Shown: one piece after another, positions 9,469 to 17,059 of the stretch
Layout of the letters: every line of letters starts with the position of its first letter
How positions within the stretch are numbered: position 1 is the stretch's first letter
Virus record (IMG/VR): IMGVR_UViG_3300002161_000006
Location: 58,390-78,389 of that record
Source: an uncultured virus (IMG/VR IMGVR_UViG_3300002161_000006)
Lineage: Duplodnaviria > Heunggongvirae > Uroviricota > Caudoviricetes
Direction: 5' to 3' (one strand)
Length of the DNA: 20,000 bases
Notes under the pieces: model-generated
Database searches by the model: none
Seen by the model: only the letters and a program-made list of their open reading frames with translations
Told to the model about the DNA's origin: nothing
Made by a program: the position numbers and the translations under genes

Positions 9469-10168
9469 GCTGATTTATACGCCACTCGCGTCATATGCTG
9501 GGTTGGGAGCAGTAGGCATAGGGGCATATGGTCTAATTTTCTTAGGTGTTTCTCCACTTTGGCTTTTAGCAACTTTAGTCTTTACATTCGTTATTCTAAT
9601 GGGTGTAACTGTAGGAATGCATCGCCTATTTTGTCACATGTCATTTAGGACCAATCATTTTTGGGAATATTTGTTGGCATACGTAGGAACATTGGCTATG
9701 TATGGCTCAACTGTACAGTGGTGTGCTATGCACACTTCTCACCATCGATACGCTGATACTGAAAAAGACCCACACTATACGGGTTGGAGGTATCTTTTCT
9801 GGAAGAAAAATAGAAAGACAGAATTCAACAAAAAAGTTCTAGTCAGACTTTATAGACAACCGCTGCATCGATTTCTTCACCGGTACTATACATTGGTGAT
9901 CGCTTTAACGTGTCTTTTTCTCTTTATTATTTCACCTTGGGCATTGGTATTTTGCTATCTCATTCCACTTTTTTGGCTTCACTTCGTTGGTTCATTTCAC
10001 CAGGTATTTGCGCATGGAAGCAAAGGACCAAGAAACCTTCCGATAATGGAAGCATTGATGTTTACTGGTGGTGAGTGGCTTCATAGACAACATCATGACA
10101 GCCCAAAATCTATTCGATTTGGGTCTTTAGATGCTGGATTTTTCTTTATAAGACTTATTTCTGTTTAG
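9431..10168 (+). CDS. Membrane fatty-acid desaturase (delta-9/acyl-CoA desaturase-like)
   Basis: Three His boxes: GVTVGMHRLFCH, HTSHH followed by YADTEKDPH, and GGEWLHRQHH. Hydrophobic transmembrane segments are present. Confidence 0.88.
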   Translation: MLQRHLDKLFNHRLIYTPLASYAGLGAVGIGAYGLIFLGVSPLWLLATLVFTFVILMGVTVGMHRLFCHMSFRTNHFWEYLLAYVGTLAMYGSTVQWCAMHTSHHRYADTEKDPHYTGWRYLFWKKNRKTEFNKKVLVRLYRQPLHRFLHRYYTLVIALTCLFLFIISPWALVFCYLIPLFWLHFVGSFHQVFAHGSKGPRNLPIMEALMFTGGEWLHRQHHDSPKSIRFGSLDAGFFFIRLISV

Positions 10169-11649
10169 CACTCTAACTGGACTTCATACCCCCAGAGATA
10201 ATCTACGTAATCGGTTACAATATCCGCATCAAGTAAATTGAGGTCTCTATCCATATATTGTTCATACTTTAGATGAAGCGTGCGGTCACCTTCAAGGTCG
10301 GCACCCACCACCTTTATTTGAGGAACATAGTTAATTCTCTCCATAGTACGAGCCAAGGCAATTCGAATATTTTTATATCCAATTTCATCATGAATTTCTG
10401 TAACTAGTGCATAGTCTTCTTCTTCCTCATCTTCATCAGGAGGAGGATCAACCCTAATGCTAAACAGCTTCAAGTCACGAATAACTTTAGGTGATAGATA
10501 TTGCTGAATAAAACTGTCATCTCGATGCTCAAATACTGCTTCCTTTACCACATCTTGCCATCGCCTACCAATAAGATGAGGCATCCACTCTTTATCTTCA
10601 TCAGTTGGGTTTTCACAGATGCGCTTTACGTCCTGCAGGATGGCAAAGCCAAGTGCGTAAGGATTGATACCACTGTAGTGACGTGAATTATAACTTGGCT
10701 GATAAATTACACCTGAGTGAAAATCAAGGAACGCCATGAAGGCATCTGGTGATAGAATCCCCTTTTCTTCCAAGCGCGTCATAATGTAGTAGTGGCAGAA
10801 TGAGGCATACCCTTCATTCAGGTTCTTTGTCTGCGCCTGTGGGTAAAAATACTGGTTTACCTTGTAGACAATTCTTAAAATTTCACGCTTCCACTGTTCT
10901 AAAGAAGGAGACTTCTTCATAATGAAGTACAGAAGATTTTCCTCTTCCTCCATTTTATCTTCATCTTCCCTATCAAGCTCAGGGTCGATGGAACTTGTGC
11001 GCTTAAGAATAATGTCTAGTTCTTGCTGCCGCTTCTCTTCACGTTCCATTAGCACCTTAAGCCTAGCCTCTTCACTTAACTTTGGGCGATGCTTGCGCTT
11101 AAACTTATCGATGCCGTGAGGTGCCAGTGCGTGTGCTGCATCTAGCACCATTTCAACTTCATCTTCACCATAACGTTGCTCGCATTGGCGAATATAGTCA
11201 CGCGCAAAAATCATGTAGTCAATAATTGAACCAGCATTTGTCCATTGTTTGAAGGTCTCGTTATTACGAAAAACTGCATTATGCCCAAACGCGGCGTGCG
11301 CAATCACCATTGTCTGCTGCAGCATGCTGTTTTCTTCCATAAGATAAGAGATGCAGGGGTCAGAGTTAATTACAATTTCATATGCTAAACCCATTCGTCC
11401 TGTCTGATATGCCTTTTCATTTTTTAGAAATTCTTTTCCAAATGACCAGTGATTATAGTTAATTGGAAGACCAATAGAAGCATATGCATCCAGCATTTGC
11501 TCCGCACTTATGATTTCAATAGCATTAGGATATAAAAGACCTTTTAATTCTAATTCTTCATGCGCAATTTTTTCGCATTCCATGTAAATTTGCTCAATTA
11601 GCGCAGGTGACCAGTCAGTACGGGATGTGATGTAAAGTGGTGTGCTCAT
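10165..11649 (-). CDS. spoVR: SpoVR/YcgB family protein
   Basis: Motifs GLPINYNHWSFGK, GLAYEIVINSDPCISYLMEEN, HAAFGHN, QTKNLNEGYASFCH and INPYALGF. Sits downstream of yeaH and prkA. Confidence 0.93.
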   Translation of the reverse strand: MSTPLYITSRTDWSPALIEQIYMECEKIAHEELELKGLLYPNAIEIISAEQMLDAYASIGLPINYNHWSFGKEFLKNEKAYQTGRMGLAYEIVINSDPCISYLMEENSMLQQTMVIAHAAFGHNAVFRNNETFKQWTNAGSIIDYMIFARDYIRQCEQRYGEDEVEMVLDAAHALAPHGIDKFKRKHRPKLSEEARLKVLMEREEKRQQELDIILKRTSSIDPELDREDEDKMEEEENLLYFIMKKSPSLEQWKREILRIVYKVNQYFYPQAQTKNLNEGYASFCHYYIMTRLEEKGILSPDAFMAFLDFHSGVIYQPSYNSRHYSGINPYALGFAILQDVKRICENPTDEDKEWMPHLIGRRWQDVVKEAVFEHRDDSFIQQYLSPKVIRDLKLFSIRVDPPPDEDEEEEDYALVTEIHDEIGYKNIRIALARTMERINYVPQIKVVGADLEGDRTLHLKYEQYMDRDLNLLDADIVTDYVDYLWGYEVQLEC

Positions 11650-11762
11650 GACTTCCTTTGAATTGATGGGAATAGACCTACCCCAACTGCTTCTCTAACC
11701 TCTTGTTGCCAGTGAAAATCGATTTTATCAAAAAAGGCTTCTGCTAGATAAGTGACATTCAT
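11646..11762 (-). CDS. Unannotated 38-aa ORF (MNVTYLAEAFFDKIDFHWQQEVREAVGVGLFPSIQRKS)
   Basis: Exactly bridges yeaH and spoVR with ATGA overlaps at both ends. It is absent from the supplied ORF track. Confidence 0.6.
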   Translation of the reverse strand: MNVTYLAEAFFDKIDFHWQQEVREAVGVGLFPSIQRKS

Positions 11763-13123
11763 GCTGATGCCTTTGGCTTCTTTGCATATATTGAACGGAA
11801 GGCGCTAAAGACTGCGCTATCTTCTCCGATCTTGATAGCATGCATCTTTGGATTTGTACGCGAAATTGACGTCATTACATTCCAAAGTGAAACTCCAGAG
11901 GCGTAGTTAAAGGTACCAGCAATAGACATACCTACCTGTACATAGACAGCATGACGCAGTTTAGCAATCAGCCCGTTCTCTTCAAGTTCTGCAATTACCT
12001 GTGGATTATCAGAGTCCCAGTTATCGCCATCTCCCGCATATGAAAGATAGATATTTGTTTGCTGAATATCATATCGTGTCTTAATGATATCGTGCGCAAG
12101 TTTAAATGCTGGGGAAACAATGGTACCACCGCTCTTTCGTGTAGTAAAGAAATCCTCTTCAGTCATCTCCTCCGCACCATCAGTGTGAGCGATAAAGATA
12201 AGATCGGTGTTTGGATATTTCCTCTTGATGAAGGCATACTGCAGTGAAAAGAATTTTCTGGCAACTCGCTTCTTATTCTCATCCATAGAGCCGCTAATGT
12301 CCATCACCATCACAAGAACCGCGTCAGCCTGCTTTACCTGAATACGCTCGCTCTTTTTGTAGCGAAGATCAACTTTTTCAAAGAATGGAATAATTGAAAT
12401 TTTTGACTTTAGTTCTTCAATGCGCTGGATAACATCTTTTCGACGTGCTTCGTAACTTGCGCTTATCGGATTTCCAGAAAGAAATTCTTCAATTTTTTCT
12501 AGTTCTTTTTCAAGTGCAGCAAGTTCTTCACGGCTTTCGGCGGCGACGGCACGTCGCCGCCCAATTGAATTTCTAAATGAGCGAATTACACTAAGTTGAG
12601 CAGCATTGCCTTCCTTCTGAAAACCTGCAGGCTTCCATACTGCTTCAGGCAGGTCCTTTTCATTTGTTTCAAGAAGATCAGGTAGTTCGCAGTCTTCAAA
12701 GAAAACATCAAAGAATTCTGAGCGACTAATATTGACAATAAAATCATCTTCGCCATCTTCGCCAGGTCCGGAACCATTTCCTCTGCCACCTCTGCCACCA
12801 CCACTTCGGTCAATAATAAACTTATCACCTCTTTCCCAACGGTCATTTCCAATGAGTATGCTTTCGTAGTTTCCAGTTGATGAATCGTAGCGGAAGGTAG
12901 GCTCATGAAGTGCGTCCTTCGCAATCTTCACCGGATTGATAAACGACTTAGAGGAAGATTGACCTCCAGCCGCCTTTACTCCTCCAGCATCGATATCTAC
13001 TGGCTTTGATTGACGAATACTATCTTTAATCCGTGCCAGTAATTTAGAACGATTATTAAGTGACTTGCCTCTGCTAGTTTTGCGTCTATCAACGAAAATG
13101 AAAGTCGTTGACGGTAAAGTCAT
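11759..13123 (-). CDS. yeaH: YeaH/YhbH (DUF444) vWA-domain protein
   Basis: FIFVDRR...GKSLNNR, EPTF, GNDRWERGD, Gly-rich linker, MIDAS-like MDISGSM, SGGTIVS and NIYLSYAGDGDNW. Confidence 0.92.
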   Translation of the reverse strand: MTLPSTTFIFVDRRKTSRGKSLNNRSKLLARIKDSIRQSKPVDIDAGGVKAAGGQSSSKSFINPVKIAKDALHEPTFRYDSSTGNYESILIGNDRWERGDKFIIDRSGGGRGGRGNGSGPGEDGEDDFIVNISRSEFFDVFFEDCELPDLLETNEKDLPEAVWKPAGFQKEGNAAQLSVIRSFRNSIGRRRAVAAESREELAALEKELEKIEEFLSGNPISASYEARRKDVIQRIEELKSKISIIPFFEKVDLRYKKSERIQVKQADAVLVMVMDISGSMDENKKRVARKFFSLQYAFIKRKYPNTDLIFIAHTDGAEEMTEEDFFTTRKSGGTIVSPAFKLAHDIIKTRYDIQQTNIYLSYAGDGDNWDSDNPQVIAELEENGLIAKLRHAVYVQVGMSIAGTFNYASGVSLWNVMTSISRTNPKMHAIKIGEDSAVFSAFRSIYAKKPKASA

Positions 13124-13124
13124 A

Positions 13125-13328
13125 TTAGCCCCTTAGAAATAGAAGCGTATAGAAAATGCCAGTAGCGCAAAACCAAGTGTATCCTACTGACCAAATGGCA
13201 AGTGAATTTCCAAACATAAAAGGAATCCAACCAAAAGTTGCCAATAGAAAAGCATATGCCTTGCCTCTGTTGCTCAGACCATCTAGCCAAGAATAAAACT
13301 TGCTTGTGATATTAGATAAAATCTTCAT
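13125..13328 (-). CDS. Small membrane protein (67 aa, about 2 TM)
   Basis: SD GGAGG upstream, two hydrophobic segments, stop 1 nt before the yeaH start. Confidence 0.65.
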   Translation of the reverse strand: MKILSNITSKFYSWLDGLSNRGKAYAFLLATFGWIPFMFGNSLAIWSVGYTWFCATGIFYTLLFLRG

Positions 13329-13349
13329 ATTCAGTCCTCCAGAATGTTA

Positions 13350-15308
13350 CTAGGCCGCCTTCCTATTGTTAGTAAACCAAGCAACTAGAATCTTTGTCTG
13401 ATTTTCAGTATACCCCTTTTCAAGCATTCGCTCAACGAAACCGCGGTGTTTTTCTTCTGTGTCCTTGTCCTGCTTAGGTCCAAATGCAATGACTGGCATA
13501 ATCTGCTCAGTGGCGCTAAACATGCGCTTTTCAATTACGGTCTTGATTTTTTCGTATTGGTCCCAAGATGGTGACTTGCCTTCGTTCTTTGCCTTGTAGC
13601 GCAGAACGTAATGAACGATTTCATTGCGGAAGTCCTTGGCATTTACAATACCAGCCGCCTTTTCAATCTCTTCCAACTTCTTATTGAGATTTTCACGGTC
13701 AAGTAAAGTATGGGTCTCAGGGTCACGACATTGTTCGTCAGCCAACCAAGCCTCGGCGAACAAAACATAGCGTTCAAACATATTCTGACCAAATGAGCGA
13801 TAACTTTCAAGGTAGGCTGTGCGCAGTTCCTTTTCAAGGAACTCAAAGTAGCGTGGCTGGAGGTGTGACTTGATGAAGTCAAGGTACTCATCAGTCGTTT
13901 CCTTTGGAAGATTTTCCTTCTTCACGCTCTCCTCAAGCACGTACATTAGATCAATAGGGTTTGCCTGCTGTTCCTCTGGGCGTAGGTCATAGGTTGCAGA
14001 AAGAACCTTGAAGGCGAAGCGGGTAGACATTCCCTTCATTCCCTCGTCATTCCCAGCGGCATCGCGATACTCTTCGTATGGCTTTGCATTGGGCATGGTG
14101 TCCTTTACGTTATCACCGTTATAAACGCGAAGTTTGGCGTAGATGGTACTGTTTTCTGGCTTCTTTAGGCGGGTAAGAATGCTCCACTGTGCCAGCATCT
14201 TAAGTGTTCCAGGTGCACATGGTGCAGTTGCGAGAGAACTTACCTTAAGCATCTTTTCGTAGATAAGAATTTCTTCAATAGTTCGCAAGCAGTATGGTAC
14301 ATCGACAATGTAAACCCGGTCAAGGAATGCTTCGTTAGTTTTGTTGTTGCGGAAATTGAACCACTCGCTTTCATTTGAGTGAGCCATAATAATTCCGGTA
14401 TAAGGCATAGAAGGAATGGCTTCAGTGCCGTTATAGTTGTGTTCCTGTGTAGCCATTAGCAATGGGTTGAGCGTCTTGATATTTGCCTTAAACATTTCAG
14501 CAAAATCCATCAAACCCTGATTAGTGCGGTTGAGACCACCACTGTATGAATACGCGTATGGGTGATTCTGAGGAAATTTTTCCAATTTACGAATATCAAT
14601 CTTTCCAACTAGAACTGAAACGTCCTGGTTGTTTTCATCGCCTGGCTCAACCTTCATCACGCCGATTTGGCTGTCCTTATTTGGATAAACCTTAATTACC
14701 TTAAAGCGGGTAATATCACCGTCAAATTCCTTCAATTTTTCCTGAGCCCACCCACTCATTACCGTATTAAGGTAGCGCTGTGGAATTCCATATTCCTTCT
14801 CAAGCATTTCTCCGTGCTCAAACTGGTTGAATAGCCCTAGAGGGCTATCAAGAACAGGAGACATCCGCTTTTCTACATCATTTTCTTGTGCATCATAAAG
14901 AACATAGATTGGAAACTTCTGCATCAAAGCCTTTAGGCGCTCTGCAAGAGATGACTTACCACCACCTACTGGTCCCTTTAGATACAGAATTTGCTTGCTC
15001 TCTTCTAGTCCTGCTGCACTATTTCGGAAGTATGCTGCAATTCGCTCAATTGCATCTTCTGCTCCGTAAAAATCAGCAAATGAACGATATAGACGAATTT
15101 TCTTGTTTGAGTGAATTCTTGAAAGACGAGCGTCTTCACTCGTATCAATAATTTCAGGCTGGCCGATTGCAGCAACCATTCTCTCTGCTGCAGTTGCATA
15201 GGTCATTTTATCCTGCTTACACCTGTCTAGAAACTGTTCCAGCGAAATAATTTCTGGCTGGGCAAATTTACTAGCAAATGAGGCGGAAAGAGATGAGAGA
15301 GCAGTCAT
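13350..15308 (-). CDS. prkA: PrkA/YeaG AAA+ ATPase / atypical Ser kinase
   Basis: Walker A GPVGGGKSS, EPGDENNQDVS, YSYSGGLNRTNQGLMDFAEMFKA, AHSNESEW, NEAFLDR and GMSTRFAFK. Confidence 0.95.
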   Translation of the reverse strand: MTALSSLSASFASKFAQPEIISLEQFLDRCKQDKMTYATAAERMVAAIGQPEIIDTSEDARLSRIHSNKKIRLYRSFADFYGAEDAIERIAAYFRNSAAGLEESKQILYLKGPVGGGKSSLAERLKALMQKFPIYVLYDAQENDVEKRMSPVLDSPLGLFNQFEHGEMLEKEYGIPQRYLNTVMSGWAQEKLKEFDGDITRFKVIKVYPNKDSQIGVMKVEPGDENNQDVSVLVGKIDIRKLEKFPQNHPYAYSYSGGLNRTNQGLMDFAEMFKANIKTLNPLLMATQEHNYNGTEAIPSMPYTGIIMAHSNESEWFNFRNNKTNEAFLDRVYIVDVPYCLRTIEEILIYEKMLKVSSLATAPCAPGTLKMLAQWSILTRLKKPENSTIYAKLRVYNGDNVKDTMPNAKPYEEYRDAAGNDEGMKGMSTRFAFKVLSATYDLRPEEQQANPIDLMYVLEESVKKENLPKETTDEYLDFIKSHLQPRYFEFLEKELRTAYLESYRSFGQNMFERYVLFAEAWLADEQCRDPETHTLLDRENLNKKLEEIEKAAGIVNAKDFRNEIVHYVLRYKAKNEGKSPSWDQYEKIKTVIEKRMFSATEQIMPVIAFGPKQDKDTEEKHRGFVERMLEKGYTENQTKILVAWFTNNRKAA

Positions 15309-15386
15309 TTAAATCCCTTCTGAAATATAGATATGTTTAAAGTATTTACGGCTATTTTGGTGTATTTTTTACAATTTTGCAAAAAA

Positions 15387-15746
15387 TTACAGGTGAATCA
15401 ATTGTCCTTCAATGGAAGCAGAAGGCTCGACCGCAAGTGATTTATAAAATATTTTATCTGCTTTGAGAACACTTTGCTTCTTGATAATTAGGTTGCCCTC
15501 AACTCTAATTTCCTTTGCAGAAATACTTCCAGAAATAGTAAGGTCATCACTCATAACAATATCAATGCACGTAACGCTGCCATTTACAAGGAGGTGTGTT
15601 TTGCCGGTTTTATCTTCAGCCGTTTTGATATGACCGCCAGAAAATAAACCATCAATCACGCACACGCCATTTAAGTTTAGGTTACCAGAAAATTCAGTGC
15701 CTTTGCCAATAATGGTATCAAATCCTTGTGCCCCAAATAAACTCAT
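15387..15746 (-). CDS. Bactofilin (polymer-forming cytoskeletal beta-helix protein)
   Basis: TIIGKGTEFSGNL...IDG.FSG...ISGSISAKEIRVEG...LAVEPSASIEGQL beta-solenoid pattern. Confidence 0.8.
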   Translation of the reverse strand: MSLFGAQGFDTIIGKGTEFSGNLNLNGVCVIDGLFSGGHIKTAEDKTGKTHLLVNGSVTCIDIVMSDDLTISGSISAKEIRVEGNLIIKKQSVLKADKIFYKSLAVEPSASIEGQLIHL

Positions 15747-15952
15747 TTTGCACCCTTCTTATTTGAAGTGACTGATTTAATCGCATATTCAAATATTGGA
15801 AACATACGACCTGTAAAAAATGCTAAAATGACACCAAAAAATACACCGATGAAATTGTCAGCAAATTCAGCAACTAACATAATTATGGGAAAAATAAAAA
15901 GCAGGCGGTGTGGGAAAAAAAGGATGACTTTATCCAGATTATTATTTTTCAT
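15743..15952 (-). CDS. Small membrane protein (69 aa, about 2 TM) coupled to bactofilin
   Basis: Hydrophobic segments, AAGGA SD, ATGA overlap with the bactofilin start. Confidence 0.6.
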   Translation of the reverse strand: MKNNNLDKVILFFPHRLLFIFPIIMLVAEFADNFIGVFFGVILAFFTGRMFPIFEYAIKSVTSNKKGAK

Positions 15953-15977
15953 TTACTGCTATCCTTAAAAATTTATT

Positions 15978-16202
15978 TTATCTATCAAATTTTGTCAGGA
16001 ACAGTTGCCCGACAATCATTTCGCATGCAGACAGTTTCCCATCACGTAGATATTCTTTCACAACTCCTGCAACTATTTCATCTACAGCCTCAGTTGCAAT
16101 TTCAGGGTTAATGTTAATTCCGCCTAGGCAGAAATCACAATGTTGAAGAGCGTCTAGGATATGCTGCCTAAACTCTGGCAAGTTTGATGGTAAAGGCATC
16201 AT
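15978..16202 (-). CDS. Hypothetical protein (74 aa)
   Basis: ATGA overlap with the upstream ORF; GAGGAG SD. Confidence 0.6.
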   Translation of the reverse strand: MMPLPSNLPEFRQHILDALQHCDFCLGGININPEIATEAVDEIVAGVVKEYLRDGKLSACEMIVGQLFLTKFDR

Positions 16203-16438
16203 TTGTATTTCAACTCCTCATCTACAGAGCGTAAAACGTCAATCATCTGCCCCGCATTTTCAAAAGTTTCGCCTGGGGTAAGACCAAAAAAGTGCTGAGC
16301 ACAGTAGGCTAAGATGTTGCCTAAATTACCTTCCCCAGTGCGCTCAAACTCATTGAGCATTGAGGGAAGTTGCTCACGATATGGCTCCATTTCTGGAATT
16401 GAGCCAATCAGGTCGTAATTAAGTTTGATAGTTGCCAT
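16199..16438 (-). CDS. Hypothetical protein (79 aa)
   Basis: First ORF downstream of an extended -10 element; coupled to the next ORF. Confidence 0.6.
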   Translation of the reverse strand: MATIKLNYDLIGSIPEMEPYREQLPSMLNEFERTGEGNLGNILAYCAQHFFGLTPGETFENAGQMIDVLRSVDEELKYK

Positions 16439-16464
16439 ACGCTTTAAAGGTTGTTCGTATGACT

Positions 16465-16473
16465 ATTATACCA
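16465..16473 (-). promoter_or_regulatory. Extended -10 sigma70-type promoter (TGGTATAAT)
   Basis: Perfect TATAAT with a TGn extension in the gap between DHFR and 16438. The -35 is weak (ATAACA). Confidence 0.55.
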
Positions 16474-16519
16474 CAGTTTTGGCAGTTTGTTATTACTTTT
16501 TTGTAACCTTGTAACAAGG

Positions 16520-17059
16520 TTATTTGGTGATCTTCCTAAGGGTGATGTATGTTGTCTCTACATCACCATCCCATTGCGTAGAATGGGTTTCTACGTCCCA
16601 AAGAATTTCTTGCTTTCTTTGAGAGATTATAAATCTTTTCCACTCGTAGATATTTGTCTTGATTTTAACCTCAGCCTCACTTGATGAGGCTATAAGTGTC
16701 ATATGAATTTCATCTACTAGATTTTTTTCTAGTGCTTCATCATAGACAGATGCTCCGCCCGCCACCCAAATATGTTTCTGCTTTTTCCCAACATATTTTT
16801 CAAGAACGTCAATTGAGGAAACATACTTGACGCTTTTATGCAAAACCGGAGTTTTTGATAAGACGATATTCTTGCGATTTGGAAGACCATTTGGTCGCTT
16901 AAGGCTCCTAAATGTAGTATTTCCCATAAGAACCGTGTCACCTATGGTGAGAGCCCTAAATCTCATTAGATCATTTTTCAGGTTTGGATATGCTAACCTA
17001 CCATCAGACCAACCAATGGTACCTACACCATCTACTGCTAGAATGAGTTTTACGGCCAT
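16520..17059 (-). CDS. folA: Dihydrofolate reductase (divergent)
   Basis: LILAVD..GTIG, conserved Asp in NDLMRF, VLMGNTTFRSL, LPNRKNIVLS, IWVAGGASVY and DEIHMT. TAATG overlap with the Ro60 stop. Confidence 0.88.
   Translation of the reverse strand: MAVKLILAVDGVGTIGWSDGRLAYPNLKNDLMRFRALTIGDTVLMGNTTFRSLKRPNGLPNRKNIVLSKTPVLHKSVKYVSSIDVLEKYVGKKQKHIWVAGGASVYDEALEKNLVDEIHMTLIASSSEAEVKIKTNIYEWKRFIISQRKQEILWDVETHSTQWDGDVETTYITLRKITK

Noticed and set aside
12586..13891. Same-strand alternative-frame ORFs inside yeaH and prkA (12586-12924, 13643-13891)
   Set aside because: They are fully nested in well-conserved genes and have no recognisable motifs.
9431..15308. Stop-codon reassignment, as seen in some large phages
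   Set aside because: Conserved genes are full-length under the standard code, and TAG, TGA and TAA all end genes at the expected positions.
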